The notes beneath the pieces were generated by a model. That model had not been told where the DNA came from and searched no databases. It saw only the letters and a program-made list of their open reading frames with translations. Of a stretch of DNA of 64,000 bases, positions 37,571 to 48,585 are shown one piece after another. The position numbers and the translations under genes are program-made. The stretch is taken from the IMG/VR virus record IMGVR_UViG_3300037515_000188, positions 32,001 through 96,000 of that record; one strand, written 5' to 3'. Within the stretch, counting starts at the first letter, position 1; each line of letters opens with the position of its first letter. Origin of the DNA: a virus.

Positions 37571-38137
37571 TTAATCTCCTAATTTTTTTACATTTAAAAT
37601 ATATGGTAAGAATTTTACCATATTTTTAACATCATTTATAGCTCTATGCGGAATACCATCAAAATTTTCTTTAATAATGTTTAATCCCTTTCTAACACCA
37701 TATTGCTTTTTTCGATTTATGGATTGCGAAAATAATGATTTTAAATTTACATGATTTGAAAATGGGTATAATACATCTTTATTTTTTGTTTCTCGTAATA
37801 ATATATCTCTATCAAAATTTCCCCATGACGAAAACACATAATCATTATTAAAATTATTCAACCAGTTTCTAAAAATATTAAATGCATCTTTAAACATAAG
37901 TGCAGTATCAACATCTGATTGTGTTATGCTAGTCAGATTTATACAAAATTCTGTTAAGGTTGGAAACATAATTGGTTTAATAAATATATCAAATTCTGAT
38001 ATAATATTTATATCATTTTTGTTTATCATAATTGCTCCAATTTCTATTATTTCCATTTTTTCACGCGGTACACTACCATCATTAGAACAAGTAGCTTCCA
38101 CATCAATAATTAAAATATTTTTTTTATCTAAAATCAT
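37571..38137 (-). CDS. DEDDh 3'-5' exonuclease (KapD/ERI1-like)
   Basis: IDVEATC, EIIEIGA, SWGNFD, HRAIND. Confidence 0.9.
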   Translation of the reverse strand: MILDKKNILIIDVEATCSNDGSVPREKMEIIEIGAIMINKNDINIISEFDIFIKPIMFPTLTEFCINLTSITQSDVDTALMFKDAFNIFRNWLNNFNNDYVFSSWGNFDRDILLRETKNKDVLYPFSNHVNLKSLFSQSINRKKQYGVRKGLNIIKENFDGIPHRAINDVKNMVKFLPYILNVKKLGD

Positions 38138-38138
38138 T

Positions 38139-38810
38139 TTAAAAAGTTTTTACTCCAACTGTATTATGCATAAAGTTATCTTTCCACTTAACATAATTTC
38201 TTTCCGTATCAAACTCTACTCCTAATTCATCAGCGGTTAATGACATTGGAGTATTATCATAATCATCAAATAATAATTCGCCATATATGGTAAATCCGTA
38301 TATGAATTTTTCTACATCATTAATATTAAAATATGGAACATCCATTCTTATATGTAATCCAATGCCATATCTATAAGTTTCATCAATTTCTATATTCCAT
38401 GGGGCAATACTTATTTCTTTAGAATTTAATAATTTAATAGTTTCTTCTGCAATTAATTTAGAACGAGCTTTACTTAATTCTGGTGTTGGATCAATAAGTT
38501 CATAATATTTTGTTCCCTTTATTTTTTTAAACATATTATCAAGATCAATTTCTGATGGATATTTGTCATATCCTATATCCATTGCCTTTCCTTCTACGGT
38601 ATCATAATAATCTCCCCTAGAAGTACTTAATGTTGAATTCCATACTACAGATTCATCATTATATTCTCCAATAAATAAAAAATCCACATATCCAGAATTA
38701 TAAATAATTTGATGGGATGTGAAATTTGGATATTCATCTTTTGAAATTCGTTTTTTAACATTTTTTACATATGATTTCATTTTAATATTTTTTATAAATT
38801 TCTTTATCAT
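38139..38810 (-). CDS. Hypothetical protein
   Basis: 223-aa ORF in operon with ligase. Confidence 0.7.
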   Translation of the reverse strand: MIKKFIKNIKMKSYVKNVKKRISKDEYPNFTSHQIIYNSGYVDFLFIGEYNDESVVWNSTLSTSRGDYYDTVEGKAMDIGYDKYPSEIDLDNMFKKIKGTKYYELIDPTPELSKARSKLIAEETIKLLNSKEISIAPWNIEIDETYRYGIGLHIRMDVPYFNINDVEKFIYGFTIYGELLFDDYDNTPMSLTADELGVEFDTERNYVKWKDNFMHNTVGVKTF

Positions 38811-40126
38811 TTTATTTTCTCCGTTGTATCAGCAATAGTTTTATCTTCTCTTAATTCTATGAATCTAGGAGAGAATAAACTATCAATATCATCTCTATGT
38901 TGATCCTTTATTCGACAATTATATTTAATTGTTACAATGCGTCCCATCCATCCATTAATATTATTAAAAATTTCTTCCCTTAATTCTTCCGTAAATCCAC
39001 TAATTGAGGTAATAACCTTCTTATCAGACGATGCACAAATTAATGATCCCAATTTATTTTCCCATTTAGTTCCTTCTTTACCGGGATTCCACCCAATTAC
39101 TTCTAGATCACAGTCATTTTCAGCCTTGAATTTTAATAAATGTTCAGACCTTTTGTTTTCCCATTTATGAGAAATATTTTTAACAATGATTCCCTCTTCT
39201 CCTCTCGATATTGCATCATTATAATGATCAAGAGATTCTTCTAACGAATTAACTATTTTATGCTCTATTAACATTAATTTATTAGATTGCACTTCTATAA
39301 TAAAATCTTGTAATGTCTCCCATCTTATATCATATGTGGGAAAATATGTTGGCGCTTTTTTATAACTAGATAAAAAATGATCTAATAAAATAAAATCCCA
39401 TCCAATAAATTTTACACATGATGCTTCATTTTCCGATATTGTTCCTCGTATAGCCTTATTTAAAATTCCATTTCCCACTTTACGGTCCAATATATTATTA
39501 TTTTCATCAACTACAACTAATTCGCCATCTAATACATAATTATTAAAATAATTATTAAGAAAATCAAAATTATTAAATAAATCTATTATTTTTCCTGATC
39601 GACCACGTATTATAATATTATTATTTTCATTTATTATATTAGCCCGCATGCCATCCGCTTTTAATTGTGAATATGCCGGAAATTTTATTTTCTTAACCGC
39701 CTTATCCGAATATGCAGTTGCCTTCAGGCATGGATGCGAGGGTATTAAATTAGGAATAGCTTTATTAATTGATGCTTCATTCATCCCCAACTTCAAATTT
39801 TTTCTAATTATTCGTGATGCAATATCATATTCATCTTCAGATAAACCCGATAATAATTCTAATAATTTATCTTTAGCTGCATTACCTGTTAATTCTCTAT
39901 TTTCAAATAAATATAATGAATCTATAAAATCTTTTAATGTTAATGTTTCAGAAAAGTTTGTAACTAATGGAATATGTTTTAAATAAAATGTTCTATATGG
40001 ATTTAATCCGGCATCTAATATTTTTTTAAGTAATTCATCATTTCTATATTCTTTTAAAATAGAAATTTTAGAATTACTGCTATTAGTTTCTTCCAATTTT
40101 TTAAATATGTCTACTATATTTTCCAT
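38807..40126 (-). CDS. ATP-dependent DNA ligase (T4 gp30-like)
   Basis: KADG motif I, LDGEL, EGIIVK, KFK, OB domain with PRF..R.DK. Confidence 0.95.
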   Translation of the reverse strand: MENIVDIFKKLEETNSSNSKISILKEYRNDELLKKILDAGLNPYRTFYLKHIPLVTNFSETLTLKDFIDSLYLFENRELTGNAAKDKLLELLSGLSEDEYDIASRIIRKNLKLGMNEASINKAIPNLIPSHPCLKATAYSDKAVKKIKFPAYSQLKADGMRANIINENNNIIIRGRSGKIIDLFNNFDFLNNYFNNYVLDGELVVVDENNNILDRKVGNGILNKAIRGTISENEASCVKFIGWDFILLDHFLSSYKKAPTYFPTYDIRWETLQDFIIEVQSNKLMLIEHKIVNSLEESLDHYNDAISRGEEGIIVKNISHKWENKRSEHLLKFKAENDCDLEVIGWNPGKEGTKWENKLGSLICASSDKKVITSISGFTEELREEIFNNINGWMGRIVTIKYNCRIKDQHRDDIDSLFSPRFIELREDKTIADTTEKIK

Positions 40127-40135
40127 ATGAGTTCC

Positions 40136-40432
40136 TTATCGTTTTCTTTTATATTTTCGGCATATTGAATCTTTAGTTGTTGCATAAAATTCTATTTCCT
40201 TTTTACTAATCCATTCAATAAATTTTATCATATCTGAATGACTTTTTATTCGTTCTATGGTATGATAATATTTTGCCAATTCATTTTCAGTCCACAAACT
40301 ATGAATTTTATTATGACATATTTTATGAACTAATATAACTTCTTTTCCACCTTTACTTTTTGGAATTAAATGATGTCTATTACATGTTAATAATTCGTCT
40401 GGTAATGGTCTACCGCATATATCACATATCAT
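40136..40432 (-). CDS. Small HNH endonuclease-like protein
   Basis: CDIC..HHLIPKSKGG..HKICHNKIH. Confidence 0.8.
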   Translation of the reverse strand: MICDICGRPLPDELLTCNRHHLIPKSKGGKEVILVHKICHNKIHSLWTENELAKYYHTIERIKSHSDMIKFIEWISKKEIEFYATTKDSICRKYKRKR

Positions 40433-40983
40433 TTATTAATTATATCATATGAAAAAATATTTTGCAACTAAATATTCATATGAATATTATAACCATAAAT
40501 AATAATGATGGCAATGTTATTGATATTATTTATACAATAAATTCAACGGTTTGCAGACATGAATATAAAAGATATAAATGTTTTTGCTTTATAGAGTCTA
40601 TAAATGATTATGCGTTCATGTTTGTAGTACAACTTGCCCTTTTGAGACATAAGAGAAAATTAAATAATGACAAATCCAATTATAGTACCCAAAAAAATTA
40701 CTACAGAAGATAATAAAAAAAATAAATTTGGAATAGATGAAAATAAATTTAAAGTAATTATAAAAGAAATTTATGATCTAATGTTACACTATTCAACTGC
40801 TAGAAATATTTTATTAGTAAAAAATAATCCTATTAGAATTGGTGGAATATTATTTTGGTTTGAAACTGATAAAAAAACAGGAGAATCTTATTTAAAATAT
40901 AATCAACCTCCTTCTCAATGGAAAGAGGATGAAATTATATATGATATAGATACTCATCTATACAATTTATACGGCGGTTAAAA

Positions 40984-41349
40984 TTAATGTGAATTTTGTA
41001 TTTGACTATTTCTGGGAGGCACAAATATACTTCCAGTCTGTCTAGCATATTGTTCAATTAATTGTACTGGCGGATCAATAGATAATAAAATTGTAGTAAA
41101 ATATAATTGAACATTAACTGCTCCATCTGACGATTCATTCATTGCAAAGGGGGTAATTGGAGCTAATTCAATATGAATTCTCTTTTCAATTTGGCTAGCA
41201 TGAATGCCATATGCCTTTTCAATATCGTAATATCCATTTTCTATTTTTTTAACTTTTCCTAATATTTCCATACCAGTTATTAACATAAATGATTTAATAT
41301 CACCTTCTTCAATTTTACTCATTATAATCTCCTTTAATTTTTTCTTCAT
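40984..41349 (-). CDS. Sm-like fold phage protein (tentative)
   Basis: LITGMEILGKV..LAP..Y...GSI..P pattern. Confidence 0.4.
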   Translation of the reverse strand: MKKKLKEIIMSKIEEGDIKSFMLITGMEILGKVKKIENGYYDIEKAYGIHASQIEKRIHIELAPITPFAMNESSDGAVNVQLYFTTILLSIDPPVQLIEQYARQTGSIFVPPRNSQIQNSH

Positions 41350-42445
41350 ATTGTATCAAACTTGTATTTAATTGTTTATTAACTCTTATAAAACGAGTAC
41401 ATTTTGAAATTTCTTTTAATTCCATTGCTCCAATATACATCATGCTGCTACGAATACCACCTAATATTTCCTGAATAGTTTTTTCAACTGGTCCACGATA
41501 GGGTATTCTAAGAACTCGTCCTTCACTTGCTTTATAATCAGCCATACCACCACTGTATTTTTCCATTGCTATATCTGATGACATCCCATAAAATTCTACA
41601 TATTTTGGAATTTTATCATGTTTCGCCAATTTACTATTATTAGGCAAGTTTACAACAAATTCATAAATTATTTTTCCTCCACTTTCATCATGTCCTGCCA
41701 ACATACTACCTAACATTACAAAATCCGCACCCGCACCAATGGCTTTTGATATATCTCCGGGAATAACACATCCCCCATCAGAACATATTAATCCATTTAA
41801 GCCATGGGCAGCATTAGCACATTCTATAATAGCTGATAATTGTGGTCTACCTACCCCTGTAACATGACGTGTACTGCATGCTGCCCCATTTCCAATACCT
41901 ATCTTGGCACATGATGCTCCAGCATTAAGTAATGCATATGTGGCATCTCCAGTAACAACATTTCCTGCCATTATGAATGATTCTGGTGCTAATTCTCTAA
42001 CAGTAGAAATAAAAGGTGTAAAATGTGGCATATAACCATTAGCAACATCTATACAAATATTTTTAGGAATTTTATATTTTTCTTTAAACGTGCAAAGTTT
42101 TTCAAGTGAATTATCAGTTAATCCCATAGTAAAAAATAATAAATGTTCATTTTGTTCATTTTCTTTATAAAATTTTACTAGATCATCAACAGAATAATGT
42201 TTATGTAGTGCAGTACAACAATTATATGTTATTAAAACTTTCGCCATTTCAAATGTTCCAACTGTATCCATATTAGCAGCTATAATTGGAATCCCCGTCC
42301 AATTATAATATCTATAAGATTCCGGGCGGTTAATAAATGTACGCTCTAAAATAACATTATTTCTAGAAGTTGCATTTTTTCTAGCTAATTGTGGAAGCAT
42401 TAAAACATCTTCAAAATCTAATTCTATTTGAGTATCCAATAACAT
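41315..42445 (-). CDS. guaC: GMP reductase
   Basis: LDFEDVL, AANMDTVG, IDVANGY, GNVVT, SDGGC, FYGMSS, ASEG. Confidence 0.92.
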   Translation of the reverse strand: MLLDTQIELDFEDVLMLPQLARKNATSRNNVILERTFINRPESYRYYNWTGIPIIAANMDTVGTFEMAKVLITYNCCTALHKHYSVDDLVKFYKENEQNEHLLFFTMGLTDNSLEKLCTFKEKYKIPKNICIDVANGYMPHFTPFISTVRELAPESFIMAGNVVTGDATYALLNAGASCAKIGIGNGAACSTRHVTGVGRPQLSAIIECANAAHGLNGLICSDGGCVIPGDISKAIGAGADFVMLGSMLAGHDESGGKIIYEFVVNLPNNSKLAKHDKIPKYVEFYGMSSDIAMEKYSGGMADYKASEGRVLRIPYRGPVEKTIQEILGGIRSSMMYIGAMELKEISKCTRFIRVNKQLNTSLIQYEEKIKGDYNE

Positions 42446-42457
42446 GTAATATCCTTA

Positions 42458-42928
42458 TTATAAAGCTAAATCAAATTCTGTTAAAAAGTTATAAAAGTTT
42501 AATTCCAATGCATTTGACATTGTTTCTATGGGATAGGAATATTCATATTCTTTATGAGTATATTCAAAATCAAATATAAATGATGGTATAATACCAGCAA
42601 ATGCAGTATACATCCTATTCATGGTTTCTTTATCTTCTCTAAATATTGCATGTGGTAAATCAAATAATTTACAAAATTTCTTAAATTCTGAATAGTTATT
42701 TTTAATTTCATTATTAAATCCACAATCTAAAAAAATGAGAGTTTTATAATTTTTTGACCAATCTGTTAGAATTTCTAATTCTGGACCATCAAGTTTAATA
42801 TATTTATTATATAATTCAATAAGCGCATGTGATCCTTGTACACCTTTTTGAATAGATGATAAGGCTTTATTTACAAATACATAGCCTTTATAACTGTTTG
42901 TATATTGTGATATGGTTTCCTTTGACAT
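42458..42928 (-). CDS. Phage Pth2-like protein (tentative)
   Basis: QKGVQGSHA..W..KTLIFL..FRED..T pattern. Confidence 0.45.
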   Translation of the reverse strand: MSKETISQYTNSYKGYVFVNKALSSIQKGVQGSHALIELYNKYIKLDGPELEILTDWSKNYKTLIFLDCGFNNEIKNNYSEFKKFCKLFDLPHAIFREDKETMNRMYTAFAGIIPSFIFDFEYTHKEYEYSYPIETMSNALELNFYNFLTEFDLAL

Positions 42929-43032
42929 AATAAAATAATCCTATGGAAAAATAATTATATAAGTTTTTTCTGCAAATGTCAATAATTATTATAAATAGTT
43001 TATGTAATAAAATATCTTTCGGGAGATTGTAA

Positions 43033-43563
43033 ATGAAACTGTTAAAAGAATTATTTTCATTTGATGAAAAAAACTTTAATTTTGATAATGATGAAGATGA
43101 AGATGAAGATGAAGATGAATATAAAAAAGATAAAGATAATGAATTTGATTTTAATTTTGGTAATGATGATGAATCAAATGATGATGAATTAAATGATGAT
43201 GAATTAGATTTTGAAAATAAAAGTTATTCTCAATTTGATGATAATAATGATGATCAACTTAATAGATTCGTTTCTGACGAAGAAGAATATGAAGAATTTG
43301 GTGCCGAAGAAGATTATCCAGAAAGATTAAGTGATATGCCACATGATGATTTTGATGATGAAGATGAGTTTGAAGATGATTTTAATATTGATGATTTAGA
43401 TTCTGAAGATGATCTAGATATTGATGATTTAGATTCTGAAGATGATCTAGATGTTGATGGTAAAACCGATAGAGAGGAAATAAAAGATATTGAACACGAA
43501 ATACAAGATTTACATGCTAGATTGGGGAAATTAGCTGCAAAAGGAGATTTAACTTTTTATTAA
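43033..43563 (+). CDS. Extremely Asp/Glu-rich late protein
   Basis: Composition; IDDLDSEDDLD duplicated; TATAAATA upstream. Confidence 0.7.
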   Translation: MKLLKELFSFDEKNFNFDNDEDEDEDEDEYKKDKDNEFDFNFGNDDESNDDELNDDELDFENKSYSQFDDNNDDQLNRFVSDEEEYEEFGAEEDYPERLSDMPHDDFDDEDEFEDDFNIDDLDSEDDLDIDDLDSEDDLDVDGKTDREEIKDIEHEIQDLHARLGKLAAKGDLTFY

Positions 43564-44114
43564 AATCGTCGTTCATTACTATTTAATTTAGATTTAGCCT
43601 TGATAAGATTACAAGTTATAGAATTTGTTAATTCTGAATCAATATTTTCTTTACATGTTCGCATAATAATATTACTTGCATTTTCTTCATTAATGTTTTC
43701 TAATTTTACGGCACAAGATTGTTTATCATTATAATCAGTTAATATCATTATTTTATCAATTTCAATTTTTATTTCTATATTTAATTCTTCCATTTGTTTT
43801 TGTAACATATTAATATCATCTAGATTTCTTTCTCCCTCTAAAAGTAATTGAGCAGATTTATTTTTCTCCTCCATTGAAAATAATATATCATATTCTAATT
43901 TTAAATTTTTAATTCGTTGTTTTAATGTATCCTGCATTTTATAATTTAATTGTTGTTTACCATATATACGTTCTACATTTATACTTATATCACTTATTTT
44001 AATTACATTTGTAGCACATTTAAAATCTATATCTGGTAAAGATGTATCTGGTGATGGTTCATCAATTACTGATTGAGTCATTAACAATATTGATAATAAT
44101 ACTAGATTAATCAT
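43560..44114 (-). CDS. Coiled-coil protein with N-terminal signal-like segment
   Basis: Hydrophobic N-terminus, heptad-rich middle. Confidence 0.55.
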   Translation of the reverse strand: MINLVLLSILLMTQSVIDEPSPDTSLPDIDFKCATNVIKISDISINVERIYGKQQLNYKMQDTLKQRIKNLKLEYDILFSMEEKNKSAQLLLEGERNLDDINMLQKQMEELNIEIKIEIDKIMILTDYNDKQSCAVKLENINEENASNIIMRTCKENIDSELTNSITCNLIKAKSKLNSNERRF

Positions 44115-44133
44115 AACACTCCTTCAAATTTCA

Positions 44134-44162
44134 AATTCAGGGGGAACTTTCCCCCTGAATTT
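44134..44162. terminator. Intrinsic terminator-like hairpin
   Basis: AATTCAGGGGGAA-CT-TTCCCCCTGAATT. Confidence 0.7.
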
Positions 44163-44179
44163 CTCATATACTAAACTAT

Positions 44180-44623
44180 TTATAGGGAAATATTAGTGAA
44201 ATGAGTATTTCTTGGATTTCCGTCCACATATCTTACATTAGGGGACGAAGATCGACTTCCCAAATATCCCCGCGCAACCAACGTAGCCACGGAAACTGTA
44301 ACTCTCTTGCCTCCGCTATTCTTAATACGCACAACGGGTTGTCCATCAGTTAAACGAACACGGGACGAAATGAAATTATCACTAATCGGATTATATACCG
44401 TACCATCTGGTAATATTAAATAATCAGGGAATCCATATGCCCTAACAGGACTAGGTACATGATTCCATGTATTATTATTAAGAATATTATAAATGGTTTT
44501 AGTGGAAACACCATATGCATCAGATAATTCTGAAACACTAATTCCACGCATTCCCATTAACCTAATGGATGCTACAGAGGAATCATTCAAACTAGATTGA
44601 GTAGAACCTTTTCTATATGTCAT
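44180..44623 (-). CDS. HTH plus degenerate NUMOD4/HNH domain protein
   Basis: ELSDAYGVSTKTIYNI; YLILPDGTVY..V..LVA..YVDGNPRN...N. Confidence 0.6.
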   Translation of the reverse strand: MTYRKGSTQSSLNDSSVASIRLMGMRGISVSELSDAYGVSTKTIYNILNNNTWNHVPSPVRAYGFPDYLILPDGTVYNPISDNFISSRVRLTDGQPVVRIKNSGGKRVTVSVATLVARGYLGSRSSSPNVRYVDGNPRNTHFTNISL

Positions 44624-44704
44624 TTTTTAAATCTCCTTTAATAATGTTATAATATTACAGGATTAAAAATGACTTGTCAACTATTTTTTTAAAAATATAT
44701 TATT

Positions 44705-44779
44705 TGGAGCGGGGGAGGGGTATCGAACCCCTAACCTCTTGGTTGGCAACCAAGTGTTCTACCATTGAACTACCCCCGC
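44705..44779 (-). tRNA. tRNA-Gly(GCC)
   Basis: GCGGGGG acceptor, CTTGG-TTGCCAA-CCAAG, GGTTCGATACC, TCCA end. Confidence 0.95.
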
Positions 44780-44814
44780 ATTTAAAACTATTATATTCTA
44801 TTATATTTATAAAA

Positions 44815-45252
44815 TCAACCATTTAACCATCTGTCTGCTAATCTTTTAGCTCGTGGTGGGACATCAATCTTTGCCCATTTACTATCTAACATTTCGTTAT
44901 ATACTTTTCTAACATCTTGATTATTAAGACCTTTTTTCATTTCATTAAATCCTGAAAAAGTTCTAGGACCCATATTAAACATCATATTTACTAACACCCG
45001 TTTTCTGTTATCATTCCAATAATCAAATGTAGATACTTGATTTCTAACATGATAAATCGAAGAATTTATATCTTGAATAAATGTTACGATAACTTTTTGT
45101 GGAGTCCATATAATATTAGAAAAGGCTGGATTTTTACCTAATAAATGTCCTATTCCAATAGTCCAATTACCCTTGGTATCAGAATATGATTTTAATTCAA
45201 ATCCTTCATCTAATATTAATTCACTTATTAATATATCATCAAAGTAATACAT
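44815..45252 (-). CDS. T4-type (GH24) lysozyme
   Basis: DEG..Y.D..G.WTIGIGH; NMMFNMG; DSKWA..RAKR. Confidence 0.9.
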   Translation of the reverse strand: MYYFDDILISELILDEGFELKSYSDTKGNWTIGIGHLLGKNPAFSNIIWTPQKVIVTFIQDINSSIYHVRNQVSTFDYWNDNRKRVLVNMMFNMGPRTFSGFNEMKKGLNNQDVRKVYNEMLDSKWAKIDVPPRAKRLADRWLNG

Positions 45253-45253
45253 A

Positions 45254-45952
45254 TTAATCTTCCTCCAATATTGGATCGCCAGTTTCATCTAATATTAAGT
45301 CATCATTTTCATCTAATATTGCGTTAGGTATACCAGATGGTGTAACTGTCATTGTTGGTGTAACTGTCATAGTAGGTGTAACGGTTGGGGTCACAGTTGG
45401 GGTTACCGTTGTAGTTGGAGTAACCGTTAGAGTTGGAGTTACAGTTGGGGTTACTGTCATAGTAGGTGTGACAGTTGGAGTTACGGTAACAGTTGGAGTT
45501 ACCGTTGTAGTTGGAGTAACTGTTAGAGTTGGAGTTACAGTTGGAGTTGCTGTCATAGTAGGTGTAACAGTTGGAGTTACGGTAACAGTTGGAGTTACTG
45601 TAACTGTCATAGTAGGTGTAACTGTTGGAGTAGGAGTCGGATTTATTACTTCGTCACCACAACCACAATTTTCATTTGTGTAAAATAAGATATTACAAAA
45701 TCCAGTATATTCTTCAGAAAAATAAATTTTTAGAGTGTTTAAATCTTCAATTATTATTTCATTGGGAATAATTAATTCGTTATTAACAAATACTTGTATA
45801 TTAATAGAATCCGTAGCATATGGATGGACTATAGTCCAAACATCAGATAAAGTATTAATAGTATATTGTTCAAACTGGACACATATCTTATAAGATTTGC
45901 TTATAACATATTCTCCAGTTTTAGTGTCTATAAAAAGTTTACCTAATTCCAT
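45254..45952 (-). CDS. Late structural protein with Thr-Pro repeat region
   Basis: W.I.H domain then about 100 aa of TPT(V/M/L). Confidence 0.7.
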   Translation of the reverse strand: MELGKLFIDTKTGEYVISKSYKICVQFEQYTINTLSDVWTIVHPYATDSINIQVFVNNELIIPNEIIIEDLNTLKIYFSEEYTGFCNILFYTNENCGCGDEVINPTPTPTVTPTMTVTVTPTVTVTPTVTPTMTATPTVTPTLTVTPTTTVTPTVTVTPTVTPTMTVTPTVTPTLTVTPTTTVTPTVTPTVTPTMTVTPTMTVTPSGIPNAILDENDDLILDETGDPILEED

Positions 45953-45956
45953 AATA

Positions 45957-46943
45957 TTATCCCGATAATGTTGGTGTTATTGTTGGAGTTATTGTTGGAG
46001 TTATTGTAACTGTTGGAGTCACGGTAACTGTAGGAGTTATAGTTAATGTTGGTGTAACTGTTGGTGTCACTGTCATAGTAGGTGTAACTGTTGGAGTCAC
46101 TGTAACAGTTGGAGTCACTGTAACTGTAGGAGTTACCGTTAATGTTGGGGTTACAGTTGGAGTTACCGTTAATGTTGGGGTTACAGTTGGAGTTACTGTC
46201 ATCGTTGGAGTAACAGTAGGAGTAACAGTAGGAGTAATTGTTGTTGTTGCCGTTACTGTAGGAGTAATCGAAATAGTTGGAGTTACTGATGGATTTGGTG
46301 TAACGGTTGGAGTTACAGCAGCAGTAGCCGTTGGAGTTATAGTTGGAGTTATAGTAACTGTTGCAGTAACTGTTGGAGTTATAGAAATAGTTGGAGTAAC
46401 CGTCGAAGTAATAGTCGGGGTAATAGAAATAGTGGGGGTAACAGTTGGGGTAACAGTCGATGTTGGGGTATTTGTTGGAGTATTACTAGGCGTTGTTACC
46501 GGGGTTCTAGTTGGAGTAGCAGTTAATGGCGGAGTTCTGGTTGGTGTAACAGTTGGAGTAACAGTATTTGTTGGAGTAACCGTAATTGTTGGAGTTGGTG
46601 TGAGAAATGGTGCCAGACTAATATATTCATACCCACATACATAAATTATTGTAAATCTTACCTTATTACCAAATTTTATTTTCTTTCCAAATTCAATAGA
46701 AATTAAATTACCATTATATGATATTTTTTCAGGTATAATTAATTTTATTTGATCTTCATCATATTCATAAATTTGAGTCAATGCTACATCAACTGCTCTA
46801 GGCAATTCAATTATATGATTTATTTCTGGTGATATAACTGTAGTTGTAAATCCTATACAGCTACAATCCTTACCTTCTTTTATTACAATTTCACCAGTTA
46901 TACTATCATATTGTAATTCTTTAAATGTTGAAATGAAATCCAT
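45957..46943 (-). CDS. Late structural protein with long Thr-Pro tail
   Basis: Over 200 aa of TPT(V/I), ends TPTLSG. Confidence 0.7.
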   Translation of the reverse strand: MDFISTFKELQYDSITGEIVIKEGKDCSCIGFTTTVISPEINHIIELPRAVDVALTQIYEYDEDQIKLIIPEKISYNGNLISIEFGKKIKFGNKVRFTIIYVCGYEYISLAPFLTPTPTITVTPTNTVTPTVTPTRTPPLTATPTRTPVTTPSNTPTNTPTSTVTPTVTPTISITPTITSTVTPTISITPTVTATVTITPTITPTATAAVTPTVTPNPSVTPTISITPTVTATTTITPTVTPTVTPTMTVTPTVTPTLTVTPTVTPTLTVTPTVTVTPTVTVTPTVTPTMTVTPTVTPTLTITPTVTVTPTVTITPTITPTITPTLSG

Positions 46944-47044
46944 CTATAAATCCTATTATAGATGTATTTATTAAAAGATTTAAAATGTCTATGGTTATAA
47001 TTTTATTATTTTAAGTATGGAGATTATGAAGTTTATTAAAAATA

Positions 47045-47791
47045 TTAAATAATTTCAGCCATATAATAAGTCATTGCATTATTCATTTGAGTTACACTCA
47101 ATTGATAATTAAAAAGCACGAAGTTATCAATCATAAAATTTGCACTTCCAGCACTGGACATTGATCCTCCGATAGTAAGATAGCTGCCAGCACTAGTATA
47201 AACGGTGGCAGTTCCAATATTTGTAGTACCCAATGATGAAGCATCCTTAAAACGTCTCCATATTGATCCTCCAAATGTTGCACCATAAACATGAACATCA
47301 GTATCATTATTCGTTTGTGTATTTTCAAAATCGGTGCCAGAACTATTGGAACATCCGAGAACAACTCCTGTTCCGCTAGAAAATTGAGACCAAGATGCAG
47401 TAACAGAAGTGGAATTGTTAGTACGCCATCCAAGAAATTTAGAATATGATCCAGCAAGAGTTGGACGTTTTAGAGAAAATAAATAACTCCATGCCGTTTG
47501 TCCATGAACAAATCCTGTAACTAAGTTAGTATTATCGCCCCAGCCATTACTTGACGATCCAACTGATGCCATATTAGCCGATTTTGTTGTAGTTGTTCTA
47601 AAGGCTGCACCGGCTGAAATATTACTGACTCCAAATCTAGCTATATGTCTTGCATTTCCGCTGGAATCCGTTAAATTAGTTCCAGTATTATAATTTACAT
47701 CCTGAAATTTAAACCAAATAACAGGTGATAAAGATGCTATATAAGCATCATACGGAATATTACTCTGTAACACACCGGGAGGAACAAACAT
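47045..47791 (-). CDS. LamG/concanavalin-like domain protein
   Basis: PVIWFKF..DSSGNARH..IDNFVLFNYQLS. Confidence 0.7.
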   Translation of the reverse strand: MFVPPGVLQSNIPYDAYIASLSPVIWFKFQDVNYNTGTNLTDSSGNARHIARFGVSNISAGAAFRTTTTKSANMASVGSSSNGWGDNTNLVTGFVHGQTAWSYLFSLKRPTLAGSYSKFLGWRTNNSTSVTASWSQFSSGTGVVLGCSNSSGTDFENTQTNNDTDVHVYGATFGGSIWRRFKDASSLGTTNIGTATVYTSAGSYLTIGGSMSSAGSANFMIDNFVLFNYQLSVTQMNNAMTYYMAEII

Positions 47792-48510
47792 TATGTCGTC
47801 CCACCAATTACAACCCATTCCGTGGCAGCCCGTTTCCATAAGCTAATCATTTTATATTGACCAGAAATTTTTGGAGCGCCTCGTAATGTATTGCTAGTAA
47901 TTGTAATAGTGGTCTGCCCTGCGCCAAATTGAACTACATCAATACGAGTATTTATTGGAAAGGGAATTGCAACATTAGCAGGAATATTAAGTGTGTTAGC
48001 TGATCCGTTATTCATCTCCACAATTTTCCCAGCATCAGCGAGTACTAATTCATAACTGGTTCCGGTTTGAAGATTTTGACCGATATATGAAGTCCATATA
48101 CCTATCATATAATATGAATGCCATGTACTATTTGCATCATCCCAGATAAATTCCCATCTACCAGAATTTATATCAATAACTACATCTTGTGCCAATCCAT
48201 CAATATTATTTCCATTTCTATCAATAGTGATATTATTTACACTGGAATTATTACCGGCATCGATCACACTTATAAAATTTCCATCTGTTGGAGTGGCTGG
48301 AAGTGTTATAATGCTTGGAATTGTTGTAGTATTGACTAACACTCGATCCTTATGGGCTGCCGTATAATTTCCTTCTTTTAATATTGGATTAAATGCAAAT
48401 TGACTTATCTCAGATGGTGTTATTACCACATTTCCACCCGATTGAACGGAAATTAATAATTCTGCACCAGTTAATGCTGCCGCTGATGAATAGGTGCTAA
48501 TTTTTGCCAT
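47791..48510 (-). CDS. Tail fibre/adhesin-like protein, copy A (intact)
   Basis: ITLPATP.DG..DAG..NNITIDRNG domain; C-terminal YELVLADAGK..WVVIG domain. Confidence 0.7.
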   Translation of the reverse strand: MAKISTYSSAAALTGAELLISVQSGGNVVITPSEISQFAFNPILKEGNYTAAHKDRVLVNTTTIPSIITLPATPTDGNFISVIDAGNNSSVNNITIDRNGNNIDGLAQDVVIDINSGRWEFIWDDANSTWHSYYMIGIWTSYIGQNLQTGTSYELVLADAGKIVEMNNGSANTLNIPANVAIPFPINTRIDVVQFGAGQTTITITSNTLRGAPKISGQYKMISLWKRAATEWVVIGGTT

Positions 48511-48585
48511 TTGTATTCCAATAAATAAAGATCATGTTTATATTTATTGGAAATATAAAAATGAAAGAATAAAAATATTAAATAT
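48121..48585 (-). repeat. 465-bp inverted repeat, copy 1 (partner 55077..55541)
   Basis: Near-identical, gap-free, includes upstream region and first 130 codons. Confidence 0.9.
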
